Counted from the stretch's first letter, positions 21,649 to 35,300 are shown. The stretch: DNA of 64,000 bases from Pristiophorus japonicus (GCF_044704955.1 NC_091979.1:319114001-319178000), one strand, 5' to 3'. Numbers and translations are program-made. Notes: generated by a model from the letters alone, not told the origin.

Positions 21649-24600
21649 TGTTATGTATGCTTGCTTGTATTGTTTTATGGTGTTTGTAACACTGAATGTA
21701 CCTTACACTGTACACACCTTACTGTACACCAGAGGGTGCTGCTGCTGGAGACCTAAGGGTTGCCTACACACTGCAGGTAACCCAGTCTAAAAGGGAGCTC
21801 ACAGCTTGGTGTCCCAACTCAGGAGCTGCAAATAAAGGACTACAGTGTACACAGTTTAAGTACCATACCCTGCCTCGTGGAGTCATTACCAAAGGTGCCT
21901 GCATACACTGCAATTGGCGACGAGGTCACGAACTACATGCTCAGCATGTCGAATCTCAGCAACTTTCAGCAATTTACCGATGGGGAAGATTGGGATACTT
22001 TTGTAGAAAGATTGGAACATTTCTTCATAGCCAACGACCAGGATGGGGACACACTGGCTACACGACTGAAAGCGCAGGGCCATCCTGCTTAGCAGTTGTG
22101 GGCCCACCATCCATTGTCTCGTCAGGGACTTGCTAGCCCCTGTGAAGACAACCACCAACAGCTATGAGGAACTTGTAACACTAATACAGGAGCAAGTAAA
22201 ACCAAAAGAAAGCATCCTCACAGCCAGGCACCGGTTCTTCACTTACCGGCGACCCGAAGGCCAGGAAATTACTAAGTATGCTGCACATTTAAGAAGACTA
22301 GCTGCACCGTGTGATTTTGGAGACCACCTGAATGAAGCACAAAGGGACATATTTGTCATCGGAATCGGTCATGAAGGCCTCCTACACAAATTGCTCTCTG
22401 CTGACATCGCAGTCACCCTGCAGAAAGCAATTCAAGTGAGCCAGGCCTACATGGCTTCGGCCGGCGACTCCAGGCGAATACTGACCCAGGACTCTAAACC
22501 GCCGAGCGCAGTGCACCGCATGGACACTTCTAAAGGCAGAAATGCTGCCCCGAGTTCCGTAACCCTGGTCCGCCACATGGGGCAAACCGGATAGCCCCGT
22601 GCTGGCGCTGTGGAGGAAACCACAGGGCCCACCAGTGCCGCTACAAAGACTAGACATGCAAAAGCTGCAAAGAGAAAGGGCACCTTCAAAGGATGTGTAG
22701 AAAAAGCTTTACTCACTGCGTCACTGAAGAGGAGGCTGATCACCGGGGCTCCGACACAGATGAAGATGAAGCTGCTCAACCCCTGGAACAAAAGAATGGA
22801 GATAATACCTGCTCCACTGAAAGTTCTCTGTGGACGATGGAAATCTACATCGGTGGGGTCCCAGTTTCCATGGAGATCGACACAGGGCCGAGCCAGTCTG
22901 TGATGAGCCAAACGACCTTTGAAAAAATTTGGATGAATCCCACCACTCGACCAAAACTGTCTCCTGTCCAGGCGCAGCTGCTCACCTACACCAAAGGTAA
23001 AATCCAAATCGTTGGCAGCGTGAATGTCCAGGTCTCTCAGGGCGACGTGTTGAACAAACTCTCCCTGTGGATCGTTGCCGGAGATGGTCCCACACTGCTG
23101 GGAAGGAATTGGATGAACCCGGTCCAAATCAGGGGAAGTGGCGACGGCCTCCAGGCTCCAGCAATCGACATCCCACGCAGCCCCGAACATGGATCCATCG
23201 TTGCATCGAGAGATCCCAGCGACCAGTCGACTGCAGGGTGACGACTCCACAACACCGTGACAAGATCTCAGGAACCGAAAATCCAACCTTCATCTTCCAG
23301 GCCAGGGCAGGACTCCAAGAGGTGAACATCATCGAAAGAAGTGGATTCCCGACGTCCATGGCCAAACCTGAGGAAGAAAAGATCACCACAACCGACCTGG
23401 AGGAGAGCCAGAAGATAGCTGCCTCACCACGAGGAAAAAAACCTAAAATCAAAATGGCCGGGACCAGACCACGAGGGGCCGCATTGGAGGAGCGACACGT
23501 GACATCGAGCGGCCAATCGGATTTGAAGGCTCCCTTAAAGGAGACCGGTAACCAAAAAAATTTAAAGGGGCAGTTTCAACTTAAAGATGACAGGGACTTT
23601 AAAACTAAAAATGCAGTAAAAGGGTGGACGTATGATAATGTAACCATGAATTGTGATGCTGGTGTAACTAATGTGAAAAATAAAATGAATGCTTGTGTAA
23701 GTAAGTTTAGGAACAAGCTTGTTATGTGTGATGATTATGGCAGGGAGTTTGAAATACCTAATGTAACCATGTCTGGTGAGACCATGATACCAAAAAGTGA
23801 TGCAAATGCTGTTATTAACAATGTAAAGGCAGTCAATAATATAGACTCAACTATGTATGATCAGAGCTAGGGTGTCATGTATACAGGTAGGACACTGTTA
23901 AAGCACACAGTGTTCGACAGGGACCATGCAAATGCTAGAGGAATCCCCCCATGGGAGACCCCCAGGTCCAGTTGGCTACCAGACCATGTAGCCTGGATCT
24001 TTGGAACGAGTGTGATGCCCCAGGAAGGACACACACACACCCAGCACACCCAGTGGAAGCAGACCCACTACAGGGACAGTGGTCAATGGGCAACACAGCC
24101 ACCACCACTGGCAACCTGCCCCAGACCAGCCCTACACCCCCTGGCCACCAGGGCCAACACCAGGAGCAAGAGGCCAATACCCTCCAGCTTTCCTGGCAAA
24201 CCCTGGGATGACCAGACTCTCATCCCAATTGGAGGACAAGGAGCCCACACAGTCCTGTGGTCCTGCCCACCACCACACAACTACCCACATCTCAGAATAT
24301 GCACCCTACCCACTGCTGCAATGGCTACCTCACTGAGGGATCCCACAACAGTGACACCCACATGGTCTGTGTGAGGGGTGGGGGGGAAATATATGAGGCC
24401 AGCCTTAAGAACAGGGATCACACCTGGCACCCACACAACCCTCACTACACCTAGCACCCACACAACCCTCACCACAACCTCCCATAACCCACTACCGATC
24501 ACTTCCCCAGGTCATTACAATAAGGACTTGAAAAATGCTTAGGGGGGAGTGTTGTTATGTATGCTTGCTTGTATTGTTATATGATGTTTGTATCACTGAA

Positions 24601-24817
24601 TGTACCTTACACTGTACACACCTTACTGTACACCAGAAGGTGCTGCTGCTGGAGACCTAAGGGTTACCTACACACTGCGGGTAACCCAGTCTAAAAGGGA
24701 GCTCACAGCTTGGTGTCCTCACTCGAGGAGCTGCAAATAAAGGACTGCAGTGTACACAGTTTAAGTACCATACCCTGCCTCATCGAGTCATTACCAAAGG
24801 TGCCTGCATACACCACA
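21649..24817 (+). mobile_element. Ty3/Gypsy LTR retrotransposon, non-autonomous (gag + protease, no RT/RNaseH/IN)
   Basis: LTRs 21649-21912 and 24553-24817 (TG...CA, AATAAA); PBS TGGCGACGAGG at 21915 (tRNA-Ser type); PPT AGGGGGGAG; gag GEDWDTFVERLEHFF...ARHRFFTYRR; Zn knuckles CWRCGGNH...CKSCKRKGH; protease MEIDTGPS. Confidence 0.92.
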
Positions 24818-25931
24818 GTAACGGCTCCCCAGTTTATGACCTGGACCAGCCAGGATCCCACGTTACTGCCTGCTAACGGCAAACCGCTAGACGGGATGTT
24901 GCAGCTTATCCGTCGCAAACACAGGTTGCTCATCCCATCAGATTGGCTTCTATGGGGCAATCCTGCTACGTTGCAAAGAAAGGGAGGGAGGCTATACATA
25001 GTTGGTGGTCCGGGCCTCCATACCATGGCCCAGGATTGACGGGGACCCTCCCACGACCACTGAAAGTCTCAAGTCCATATCAGCCATCCTTGGCTTGCCA
25101 GACCTCAGGGTCAGAGACAATAGTCCAGAGCGGGCAGCCCAAATCATAAAGCCAAGCACCACACGTGTCACGGTAGACTCTCCACAGACCCAGATATCTC
25201 GGGTGCTACGCAGTTACCAGACAGAATCACTCAGAACCGTGCTTTCCTTATGCTATCAGCAGAGAATGCACCACGATCGCATGGCTCCTCCACGCGACAT
25301 CAGAATAAATGATGTAGACCATGTTCAAGGCCCCAGATGGGCTGCTAGCACTGTATTAGCCAACGAGGGGAATGGAGTGTTTGTGATAAAAATGGAACGT
25401 TTGTTGTGGAACCATGTACTGGGCAAACGCACAGAGCATTTGGACCAGACCCAACTGCGAACTACAGATAAACAGGAACCACAGGAACCACTGGCCCCCA
25501 GCAACACACTAACCACAAGTGACCTCGCCGTCAACCACGAGGATGAACCCACCATGCCCATCAGTCCGATCAGACCAGCCGCGTGGCCGTGCAGCAACGA
25601 TCAGACCAACTCACCCATGCCAGGACTTCAACTCAGGCGATCGACCCGGGGACGCGGGGTGCCAGATCACCTCAACTTGCAAATAACTTGTACATAAGAC
25701 TTTGGGGGGGGAGCGATGTTATGTATCTATGTAAACCTCACCAATATGTAAGACTTGCCACTAGGGGGCATACCTGTGGGAGACCTAAGGGTCACCTGTG
25801 CACCCTGAGCAAGCAGGTATAAAAGGTCATTCACCATGCTGTCTCCTCACTCTGGAGTCTGAATAAAGAGACCAAGGTCACAACAGTTTGAGCTCACAAT
25901 ACAGTCTTGTGGAGTTATTCTGAACATAACA
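24818..25931 (+). mobile_element. Second Gypsy element: deleted integrase remnant plus 3' LTR (25717-25931)
   Basis: WTSQDP, LLWGN, PWPRID, ERAAQIIK, LRRSTR motifs; PPT GGGGGGGGAG; LTR TGTTATGT...ACATAACA with TATAAAA and AATAAA. Confidence 0.85.
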
Positions 25932-26080
25932 AGACTCATTTCCAGATTCTTGTTTTTTTGGCTCTAAGCCAAAGGAGACCACCTGAACCTTTTCATTTGA
26001 AACTGGTTCAATCTCTCAGTGCAAAGCTTTTATGAGAGGAAGATTCAAGGGGAATAATTCATCCTATTTGGAAGAAACAT

Positions 26081-27410
26081 CGGGCCTAAGTTTCCACACA
26101 CGCCTAGAACGGCGCAGTCCCGACCTGGACGCCCGTTTTTCGCGCCACAAAGTGCGCCTAAAAAAATCCTCGGTATTCTCCACCTCCCTGCAGGTCCTCT
26201 GGCCCTCGCGCAGCGCAGCACGAGCTGTGGTGGGCGGAGCCATGTCCCTGCGCTGAAAACAGTGCCGGGACCTCTGCACATGCGCGCTATAGTGGGCACG
26301 CAAGTGCAGTAGCTCCAGGCGCCCGAAGCACGCAGCCCCTAGCCCTGGCCGAATGGCCTCACTGGAGCTGCGTGAATAAGGCTCCTCCCCCGGCCAGCTC
26401 CTGCTTCCCCCACCCCCCGACCGGACCCGACCCGATCCGACCCGCGCTCCTGCTCCCCCCCACCCCCGAATGGACCCGACCCGACCCGACTCCCGCCCCC
26501 CAACCTGACCCCCCCGACCCTCCGACTGGACCCCCCCCGACTCGATTCCCACCCCCCCCCCAACCCGACCGGACTCCCGCTTCCGCTCCCGCTCCGCCCC
26601 CCGCCGACTGGACCTGACCCGCGCTCCTGCTCCCGCTCCCCGCCCCCCCACCCCGACTCGACCCGACCCGATCTGACACGACTCGACTCCCGCTCCCCCC
26701 CCCGCCCCCAGACTGGATCCGACCTGACCTCCCCCTCCCCGACCTGACCTCTNNNNNNNNNNNNNNNNNNNNNNNNNNNNNNNNNNNNNNNNNNNNNNNN
26801 NNNNNNNNNNNNNNNNNNNNNNNNNNNNNNNNNNNNNNNNNNNNNNNNNNNNNNNNNNNNNNNNNNNNNNNNNNNNNNNNNNNNNNNNNNNNNNNNNNNN
26901 NNNNNNNNNNNNNNNNNNNNNNNNNNNNNNNNNNNNNNNNNNNNNNNNNNNNNNNNNNNNNNNNNNTCTCTCTCACCCTCCCCCCTCTCTCTCCCCCCCT
27001 CCCCACTCTCTCTCTCTCCCTGCCCCCCTCTCTCTCCCTCCCTCCCTACCCCCCCCCTCTCTCTCCCTCCCTCCCCCCCCCCGCTCTCTCTCCCTCCCTC
27101 CCTCCCCCCGACCCGAACCGAACCGAACCTCCCCGACCCAACGCCACCTACCTGTAAATCTGGTGCTGGGGACGGGCCCTGCCTGAAGTCTCGGGCCGGC
27201 CCGTTCAGCCTTCGGTCCCGAAAGGCCTGCCTGAAGCACTTTCACACAGGTTGGGAGATGGTTTATTTAATCTTTTCTTTGCTTATAAATGTTTATTCAG
27301 GTTGGATTTATTTGTATAATATTTGTATAAGTATAAATAAGGATTTATTATAGAATTTAATGACTTCCCTTCCCTGTCCCTCCCCCCCCCACCTCGTTCT
27401 GGACGCCTAA
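26081..27410. mobile_element. GC-rich non-autonomous DNA element (Harbinger-like TIR) with internal (CCCGA)n/CT low-complexity tract
   Basis: Starts GGGCCTAAGTTTCC; GC-rich, low-complexity core. Confidence 0.45.
26753..26966. other. Assembly gap (214 N)
   Basis: Run of N. Confidence 1.
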
Positions 27411-28330
27411 TTTGTCTTTACCATCCACCTCACCAGCCTATTCATTCATCGGATCATCCTGCACCATTCCTGCCCCCTCCAGCGTGATTCCACCACCAAA
27501 CACATCTTCCCCTCCCCTTTCAGCATTCCGAAGTGACCGTTCCCTCCTCAATCACCCCCAGCACTGCTCCCCTTCCCACAGCACGTCCTGTGCAAACGCA
27601 GGAGATGTAAGACCAGCCCTTTCATGTCCTCCCTTCCCACCGTTCAGGGCCCCAAGCACTCATTCCAGGCCAATCAGCGATTTACTTCTCCTTCTTTCAA
27701 TTTCACAAACTGTATTTGTTGCTTACGATGCGCTCTGATCTACACTGGGGACACCAAACGCAGATTGGATGAACCCTCCGACGAACCCTTCTGTTCAGTC
27801 CACAAGCGTGACCCTGAGCTTCCGGTCACAATTAGTTATAAATCTCCCTCCCACTCCCACTCTGACCTCTCTGTCCTCGGCCTCTGACATTGTTCCAATG
27901 AAGCCCAACAGTAACTCGGGGAACAACACCTCATCTTTGGATTACCATCTTCAGAGCCTTCCGGTCTCAACATTGAGTTGATCAATTTCACTGCTCCCAC
28001 ATTTTCAAACAGGTCATGGCTCTGCTGTTGCCATTTACAGCTCCTCTAGAACCATCTTTTGTTTCTTTACTTGTTCCATTACCACCCCCTTTTGCCTTGC
28101 ACCATCATCCCTTTTGCCATTTGATCACTTCTGCCTTCCACCTATCACAAACCTTCCCTTTTGTTCCTTCTGGCCCTCACCCCTCCTTTCCCTGCCTCTG
28201 TACTTTCTGAAAAACCATTACATCTCGAACATTTTCCAGTTCTGATGAAAGGTCACCGGCCTGCAACATTTCTCTCTCCACAGATGTTGCACGATCTGCT
28301 GAGTATTTCCAGCATTTTCTGTTTTTATTT
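27411..28330 (+). mobile_element. Penelope-like element 3' part (GIY-YIG endonuclease remnant plus tail with degenerate hammerhead core)
   Basis: QGPKHSFQANQRFT...CICCLRCALIYTGDTKRRL...DPELPV...SHSDLSVLGL; tail CTGATGAAAGGTCACCGGCCTGCAAC...CTGCTGAGTATTTCCAGCATTTTCTGTTTTTATT. Confidence 0.85.
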
Positions 28331-29127
28331 ATTGAACCTATCGGCTCAGATACAATCAGATAGCACAATACAAGCTTCACTGCTGCATTCCAATATTTAT
28401 CTATTGTTACTGTTGATCATCTGGTCCCTTTCAATTGGGATTGATTCCTCGAGATCTGATTGGTCCTTAGGAATCAAATGACCCACAACTCTGTTGTTCT
28501 TCTGCCAATACTTTGGTTGATGGGATCATGTGACCCATATCATTAATACTGCTCTAGTGATCTGATTGGTCTGTGGGAACATGTAACCCGCGGGAGGGGA
28601 CTAATTGGCCTGTTTTCTTTCAATAATGACAGACAATCTGATTCCTTGTTTAAACAGGCCCTGCTCCCACCTCGGCCTCACCAGTCAGGGCCAGAAGTGT
28701 CCCCCTCGAGGGCTTCAGGCTCATGTTCCCCGCCCTTCTTACTGTGTGAAGATGCCTTTGTACATTTAAAATGTATGAATACAGCTGCACTAAGCGGGCT
28801 GCAAAGGATCAGGAACTCAGCTCTGTGGCCTGAGGGTGGGGGAATGTCCTGGAAGTGACCACCCCCTTTACACTCACGGCCCTGATCCTGGGATTGGGGA
28901 TGGTGTCAGTGCGAGGGCAGACTGCTGGTCAGGACGTGCTGCTCCAGCACAGTTCCAGTGGCTCAGCAGTCTGACTAGACTCTCCAGTTCTAGGCGTTAC
29001 CGACACTGAGATCAATTTACCATGGAGATGTCACTGAAACATGTTGTATAACTGCATTCCAGAGGAGTTGATGAGTGATATGGTCAGAAGGCAGAGAGAA
29101 AAGCCGTGGTGGTTAGTTATATTTAAC

Positions 29128-29274
29128 AGTTTCAGTAAATAGTTTCACATTGAGAAAACAAATAGCTGGAAATTATAACACACCGAGTACTGATCTCAAT
29201 CAACTCACCATTGGAGGGAAAGCTGAAGAAGGAATTTGCCGCATTTTCCATTCGATTCGCATTATGAGGTATAG
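29128..29274 (+). promoter_or_regulatory. Candidate IFIT-type promoter and exon 1 (ATG AG|gt)
   Basis: Two AGTTTC ISRE half-sites (29128, 29141), TATAA at 29174, ATGAG at 29264-29268 immediately followed by GTATAG donor. Confidence 0.45.
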
Positions 29275-29417
29275 ATCATTGGAATTCCTTCTGTATTTAA
29301 ATTTACATTCAGACGATTGAATGAGGAGTTTTCTTTCAGGAATAAAATAGCATACTCAATAGTATACAACGAAGCAGTTGAAATGCACAGAGCTGGGATA
29401 ATTTGCTCACAGTGGGA

Positions 29418-29730
29418 ACATAAGAACATAAGAATTCGGAGCAGGAGTAGGCCATAGGATGCCTCGAACCTGCTCCGCCATTCAATAAGATCATGGCTGA
29501 TCTTCTACCTCAACCCCATTGTCCCACTCTGTCCCCATACCCCTTGATTCCTTTAATGTCCAAAAACTATTGATTTCAGTTTTGAATATACACAACTGCT
29601 GAGCATCCGCAGCCCTCTGGGCTCGAGAACTCGAAAGGTTCACAACCCTCTGAGTGAAGAACGTTCTTTTCATCTCAGTCCCAAATGTCCCAATCTTTTT
29701 CCTGAGACTATGACCCCTAGTTCTAGACGC
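29418..29730 (-). mobile_element. CR1 3' fragment
   Basis: (ACATAAGA)n tail; RTRGHSLR...FFTQRVVNL. Confidence 0.85.
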
Positions 29731-29929
29731 TCCGGCTCCCCACATTCCCCCCAACCCCTGCCCCCTCTCTTGCACTCCGAGGGAAGTGGAGTGCTTGATT
29801 TATTGCTCTACTTCCCTCTTGGAGTAAATTTGGGAATTTCTCAAATGATTGAAAAGACTAACGCCTGGCTCTAACTTTTCAAACATTTTTCACTGAGCTC
29901 CCCAAACTGGACCCCAGGGGAATTTCTAT

Positions 29930-30396
29930 CCCATTGTTCCAGAAAACTGTCTCAAACGCATTTCATAAATTGTCCTCAAAACTACTTTTGCCATTTTGGG
30001 TTGCCCAGTATATATGAAGATTAAAGTCCCCACGATTACTGCATTACTCTCGTTACATGCTCCTCTAATTTACTGATTTATATTCTGTCCAACACTGTTA
30101 TGGGGCCTATAAACTACTCACACCAATATTTCTGTCCATTGCTATTTCTTTGCTTCAACCAAACTGATTCTACATCCTGATTTTCTGGGCTAAGATCCTT
30201 ATTCACTGCTGTCCTTATCTCATCCTTTATTATCAGGGCTACCCCCGCCCTTTTCTATTTCAACTATCTTTCTTAAAAGGCAAGTACCCTGGAACATTTA
30301 GTTTCCAGTCTTGGTCACCCTGTAACCACGCCTCAGTACTGGCAACTAAATCACACACATTTATCTCTATGTATGCCATTAGTTCATCTATCTTGT
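29930..30396 (-). mobile_element. CR1 endonuclease-region fragment
   Basis: Homologous to the APE region at 34700-35160 (VVGDFNL.I.W, VYRP). Confidence 0.7.
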
Positions 30397-32330
30397 TTCA
30401 TGACGTCATCTCTGGATGCATCGCCCCGGTAGTGACCCATATCATTAATACTGCTCTAGTGATCTGATTGGTCTGTGGGAACATGAAACCCATGGCCGGG
30501 GTACTAACTGGTCTGTTTTCTTTCAATAATGACAGACACTCTGATTCCTGTTTAAACAGGCCCTGCTCCCACCTCGGCCTCACCAATCAGGGCCAGAAGT
30601 GTCTCCTTCGAGGGCTTCAGGCTGTTAGTCTCATGTTCCCCGCCCTTCTTACTGTGCCTGCGGACGTGGGGTGCGTACCGCGATCGGTCAGTCTTGCACT
30701 CTGCTTGAGTGCTGGGCTGATTGCATGACACCCGCACTCCCCATTGGTCGAGGTAAGTTAAAACATTAATTCAGAGTTTGCAGCCTGGGCCCTTGCTGTT
30801 AATTCAGGGAAGAGCCCCTACAATGCAGCAGTGCCATGTGTCATAGTGCATAGTGCTGCTGAGCCGTGCGCCTCGCTCACAATCTTCCCCCCATCTTGCG
30901 CTCCAAGAAGGAAGTGGACCGATTTAGTGCTCCACTGCCCTCGGAGCAAAAAGTGGGAATTTCAGAGAAGCTGGAAGAAGATAGCTCCTGGCTCTAACTT
31001 TTCCAGCTTTCCTGATTTAGCGTGTCAAACGGGACCCGAGGGGAATTTCTAACTCGCCTTTAATTTTAACTTTTTACTATTTTTCCCTGATGTGACCTTA
31101 ATCACGAGAGCCCTATGACCTTTGTTAACCTCTCTCGGTTAGAAATTCATCATAGCCTAGAATGGGCGGTAGGATTAGAAAAGTTTGAGGGGTCGAAATT
31201 CGGTCGCGCCGTTTTTGAGGCGGTATCACGGTTTAAATGGAGATTTTACCACCAGGCGGCAGTTGCCGTCATCAACCGTGAAATTCAGTTTTGCTGCCTG
31301 AAAAGGGGATTGCAGGGTTAAAGCAGGTGTTGCATGCTCCCCAGGAGGTGGCAAACGGCGGTAAATGGGGTGGAAAGTGAGGCAGCAACACCCAGACGGC
31401 AATTATCATTTGTAAATGTGCCACAGACACACTCCCGCCACCTGCATTCAATTGAGGCGGTGATTGGGTGTGGCACCGCCTTGTGCGTACACTGGCTTCC
31501 TACGCACTCACTCACAGGGTGAAGATTACAGATGCAGCCGCAGCTCGCCAGCGAGCTCTCCGCTTCTCCGACACCGCTATCGATGAACTGCTTGATACCC
31601 TGGAGAGGCGTCGAGAATTACTTCGGACAGAGGCTGGCAGCAGGCCACAACCCCAAACATTTCGAAAGCTCTGGTGGGAAGTCGCTGAAATAATGTCAGT
31701 GAGTGACACGGACCCCAGGACAGTGACCCATGTCACAAGTAGTGTCAGTGAGCGACACGGTGCCCAGGACAGCGACCCATGTCACAAGTAGTGTCATTGA
31801 GTGACACGGTGCCCAGGACAGCGACCCATGTCATAAGAACGACATGACTCGGTTCTGAGGGTGAGTATATTTTACATTAACCTGACCATGCCACGCTCTG
31901 AGCTCAATGTGCAGTCTCTCCTCAATGTGAATGTGTCTGACTCCATGCTCTATGTGGGTGAGACCAGATACAAGGTTCCCATTTGCAGCCTCACCCACTC
32001 CAAGGCCTGCATGCACAATTAACCTTCCTACTCCCTTGTGGACACCCACCCCTCATCCTGTTACCTCCTCAGTCTTCAGATGTATCTGGAAGATGCTATC
32101 CTCACAGTAACTGTTAGGTCCTGGCTCCCCTTCATTCAAGCATTGCCACAAGTACTCGGAGCTAATGGAAGTTACATCAAACTTTACAGAGTCTCAGACA
32201 CTAACATGTTCTGAACTATGTAAGGCACTTCAGACAGACAGATAGAAGGCACTAATTATGACGTTCTTTTTAATCTTGCAGGCCAAGTTTGCACAGATTG
32301 AAAGAGACCAGATGCGGAATGGAGGAGGGG

Positions 32331-35300
32331 ACATAACATAAGAATTAGGAACAGGAGTAAGCCATCTAGTCCCTCGAGCCTGCTCCGCCATTCAACAAGA
32401 TCATGGCTGATCTGGCCGTGGACTCAGCTCCACTTACCCGCCCGCTCCCCGTAACCCTTAATTCCCTTATTGGTTAAAAATCTATCTATCTGTGATTTGA
32501 ATACATTCAATGAGCTAGCCTCAACTGCTTCCTTGGGCAGAGAATTCCACAGATTCACAACCCTCTGGGAGAAGAAATTCCTTCTCAACTCGGTTTTAAA
32601 TTGGCTCCCCCGTATTTTGAGGCTGTGCCCCCTAGTTCTAGTCTCCCCGACCAGTGGAACCAACCTCTCTGCCTCGATCTTGTCTATCCTTTCATTATTT
32701 TAAATGTTTCTAAAAGATCACCCCTCATCCTTCTGAACTCCAATGAGTAAAGACCCAGTCTACTCAATCTATCATCATAAGGTAACCCCCTCATCTCTGG
32801 AATCAGCCTAGTGAATCGTCTCTGTACCCCGTTCAAAGCTAGTATATCCTTCCTTATAACGACCAAAACTGCACGCAGTATTCCAGGTGCGGCCTCACCA
32901 ATACCCTGTACAGTTGCAGCAGGACCTCCCTGCTTTTGTAATCCACCCCTCTCGCAATGAAGGCCAACATTCCATTCGCCTTCCTGATTACCTGCTGCAC
33001 CTGCAAACTAACTTTTTGTGATTCATGCACAAGGACCCCCAGGTCCCTCTGCACCACAGCATGTTGTAATTTTTCCCCATTCAAATAATATTCCCTTTTA
33101 CTGTTTTTTTTTCCAAGGTGGATGACCTCACATTTTCCGACATTGTATTCCATCTGCCAAACCTTAGCCCATTCGCTTAGCCTATCTAAATCTCTTTGCA
33201 GCCTCTCTGTGTCCTCTACACAACCCGCTTTCCCACTAATCTTTGTGTCATCTGCAAATTTTGTTACACTACACTCTATCCCCTCTTCCAGGTCATCTAT
33301 GTATATTGTAAACAGTTGTGGTTCCAGCACCAATCCCTGTGGCACACCACTAACCACCGATTTCCAACCCGAAAAGGACCCATTTACCCCGACTCTCTGC
33401 TTTCTGTTCGCCAGTCAATTCTCGATCCATGCTAATACATTTCCTCTGACTCCGCGTACCTTTATCTTCTGCAGTAACCTTTTATGTGGCACCTTATCGA
33501 ATGCCTTTTGGAAATCTAAATATACCACATCCATCGGTGTACCTCTATCCACCATGCTCGATATATGCTCAAAGAATTCCAGTAAATTAATTAAACATGA
33601 TTTCCCCTTCATGAATCCATGTTGCGTCTGCTTGATTGCACTATTCCTATCTAGATGTCCTGCTATTTCTTCCTCAATGATAGTTTCAAGCATTTTCCCC
33701 ACTACAGATGTTAAACTAACCGGCCTATAGTTACCTGCCTTTCATCTGCCCCCTTTTTTAAACAGAGGTGTTACATTAGCTGCTTTCCAATCCGCTGGTA
33801 CCTCCCCAGAGTCCAGAGAATTTTGGTCGATTATAACGAATGCATCTGCTATAACTTCCGCCATCTCTTTTAATACCCTGGGATGCATTTCATCAGGACC
33901 AGGGGACTTGTCTACCTTGAGTCCCATTAGCCTGTCCAGCACTACCCCTCTAGTGATAGTGATTGTCTCAAGCTCCTCCCTTCCCACATTCCTGTGACCA
34001 GCAATTTTTGGCATGGTTTTTGTGTCTTCCACTGTGAAGACCGAAACAAAATAATTGTTTAAGGTCTCATCCATTTCCACATTTCCCATTATTAAATCCC
34101 CCTTCTCATCTTCTAAGGGACCAACATTTACTTTAGTCACTCTTTTCCATTTTATATATCTGTAAAAGCTTTTACTATCTGTTTTTATGTTTTGCGCAAG
34201 TTTACTTTCGTAATCTATCTTTCCTTTCTTTATTGCTTTCTTAGTCATTCTTTGCTGTCGTTTAAAATTTTCCTAATCTTCTAATTTCCCACTAACCTTG
34301 GCCACCTTATACGCATTGGTTTTTAATTTGATACTCTCCTTTATTTCCTTGGTTATCCATGGCTGGTTATCCCTTCTCTTACCGCCCTTCTTTTTCACTG
34401 GAATATATTTTTGTTGAGCACTATGAAAGAGCTCCTTAAAAGTCCTCCACTGTTCCTCAATTGTGCCACCGTTTAGTCTGTGTTTCCAGTCTACTTTAGC
34501 CAACTCTGCCCTCATCCCACTGTAGTCCCCTTTGTTTAAGCATAGTACGCTCGTTTGAGACACTACTTCCTCACCCTGAATCTGTATTACAAATTCAACC
34601 ATACTGTGATCAGTCATTCCGAGAGGATCTTTTACGAGGAGATCGTTTATTATACAGGACCAGATCTAAGATCGCTTGCTCCCTTGTAGGTTCTGTAATA
34701 TACTGTTCTAAGAAACAATCCCGTATGCATTCTATGAATTCTTCCTCAAGGCTACCCCGTGCAATTTGATTTGACCAATCGATATGTAGGTTAAAATCCC
34801 CCATGATTACTGCCGTTCCTTTTTCACATGCCTCCATTATTCCCTTGATTATTGTCTGCCCCACCATGAAGTTATTATTTGGGGGCCTATAAACTACGCC
34901 CACCAGTGACTTTTTCCCCTTACTATCTCTAATGTCCACCCACAATGAATCAACATTTTGTTCATTGGAGCCAATATCGTCTCTCACAACTGCCCTTATA
35001 TCATCCTTTATTAACAGAACTACCCCACCTCCTTTCCCTTCTTGTCTATCTTTCTGAATTGCCAGATACCCCTGTATGTTTAATTCCCATTCTTGGCCAC
35101 CCTGCAACCACGTTTCTGCAATGGCCACCAAATCATACCCATTTGTCATGATTTGTGCCGTCAACTCATTTACTTTATTTCGAATGCTGCGTGCGTTTAG
35201 GTAGAGTGTTTTACTACCAGTTCTTAAACCATGATTTTTAGTTTTGACCCCTCCTGCAGCCCCTTTGTATTCATACATATTGTCCCTTCCTATCACCTTG

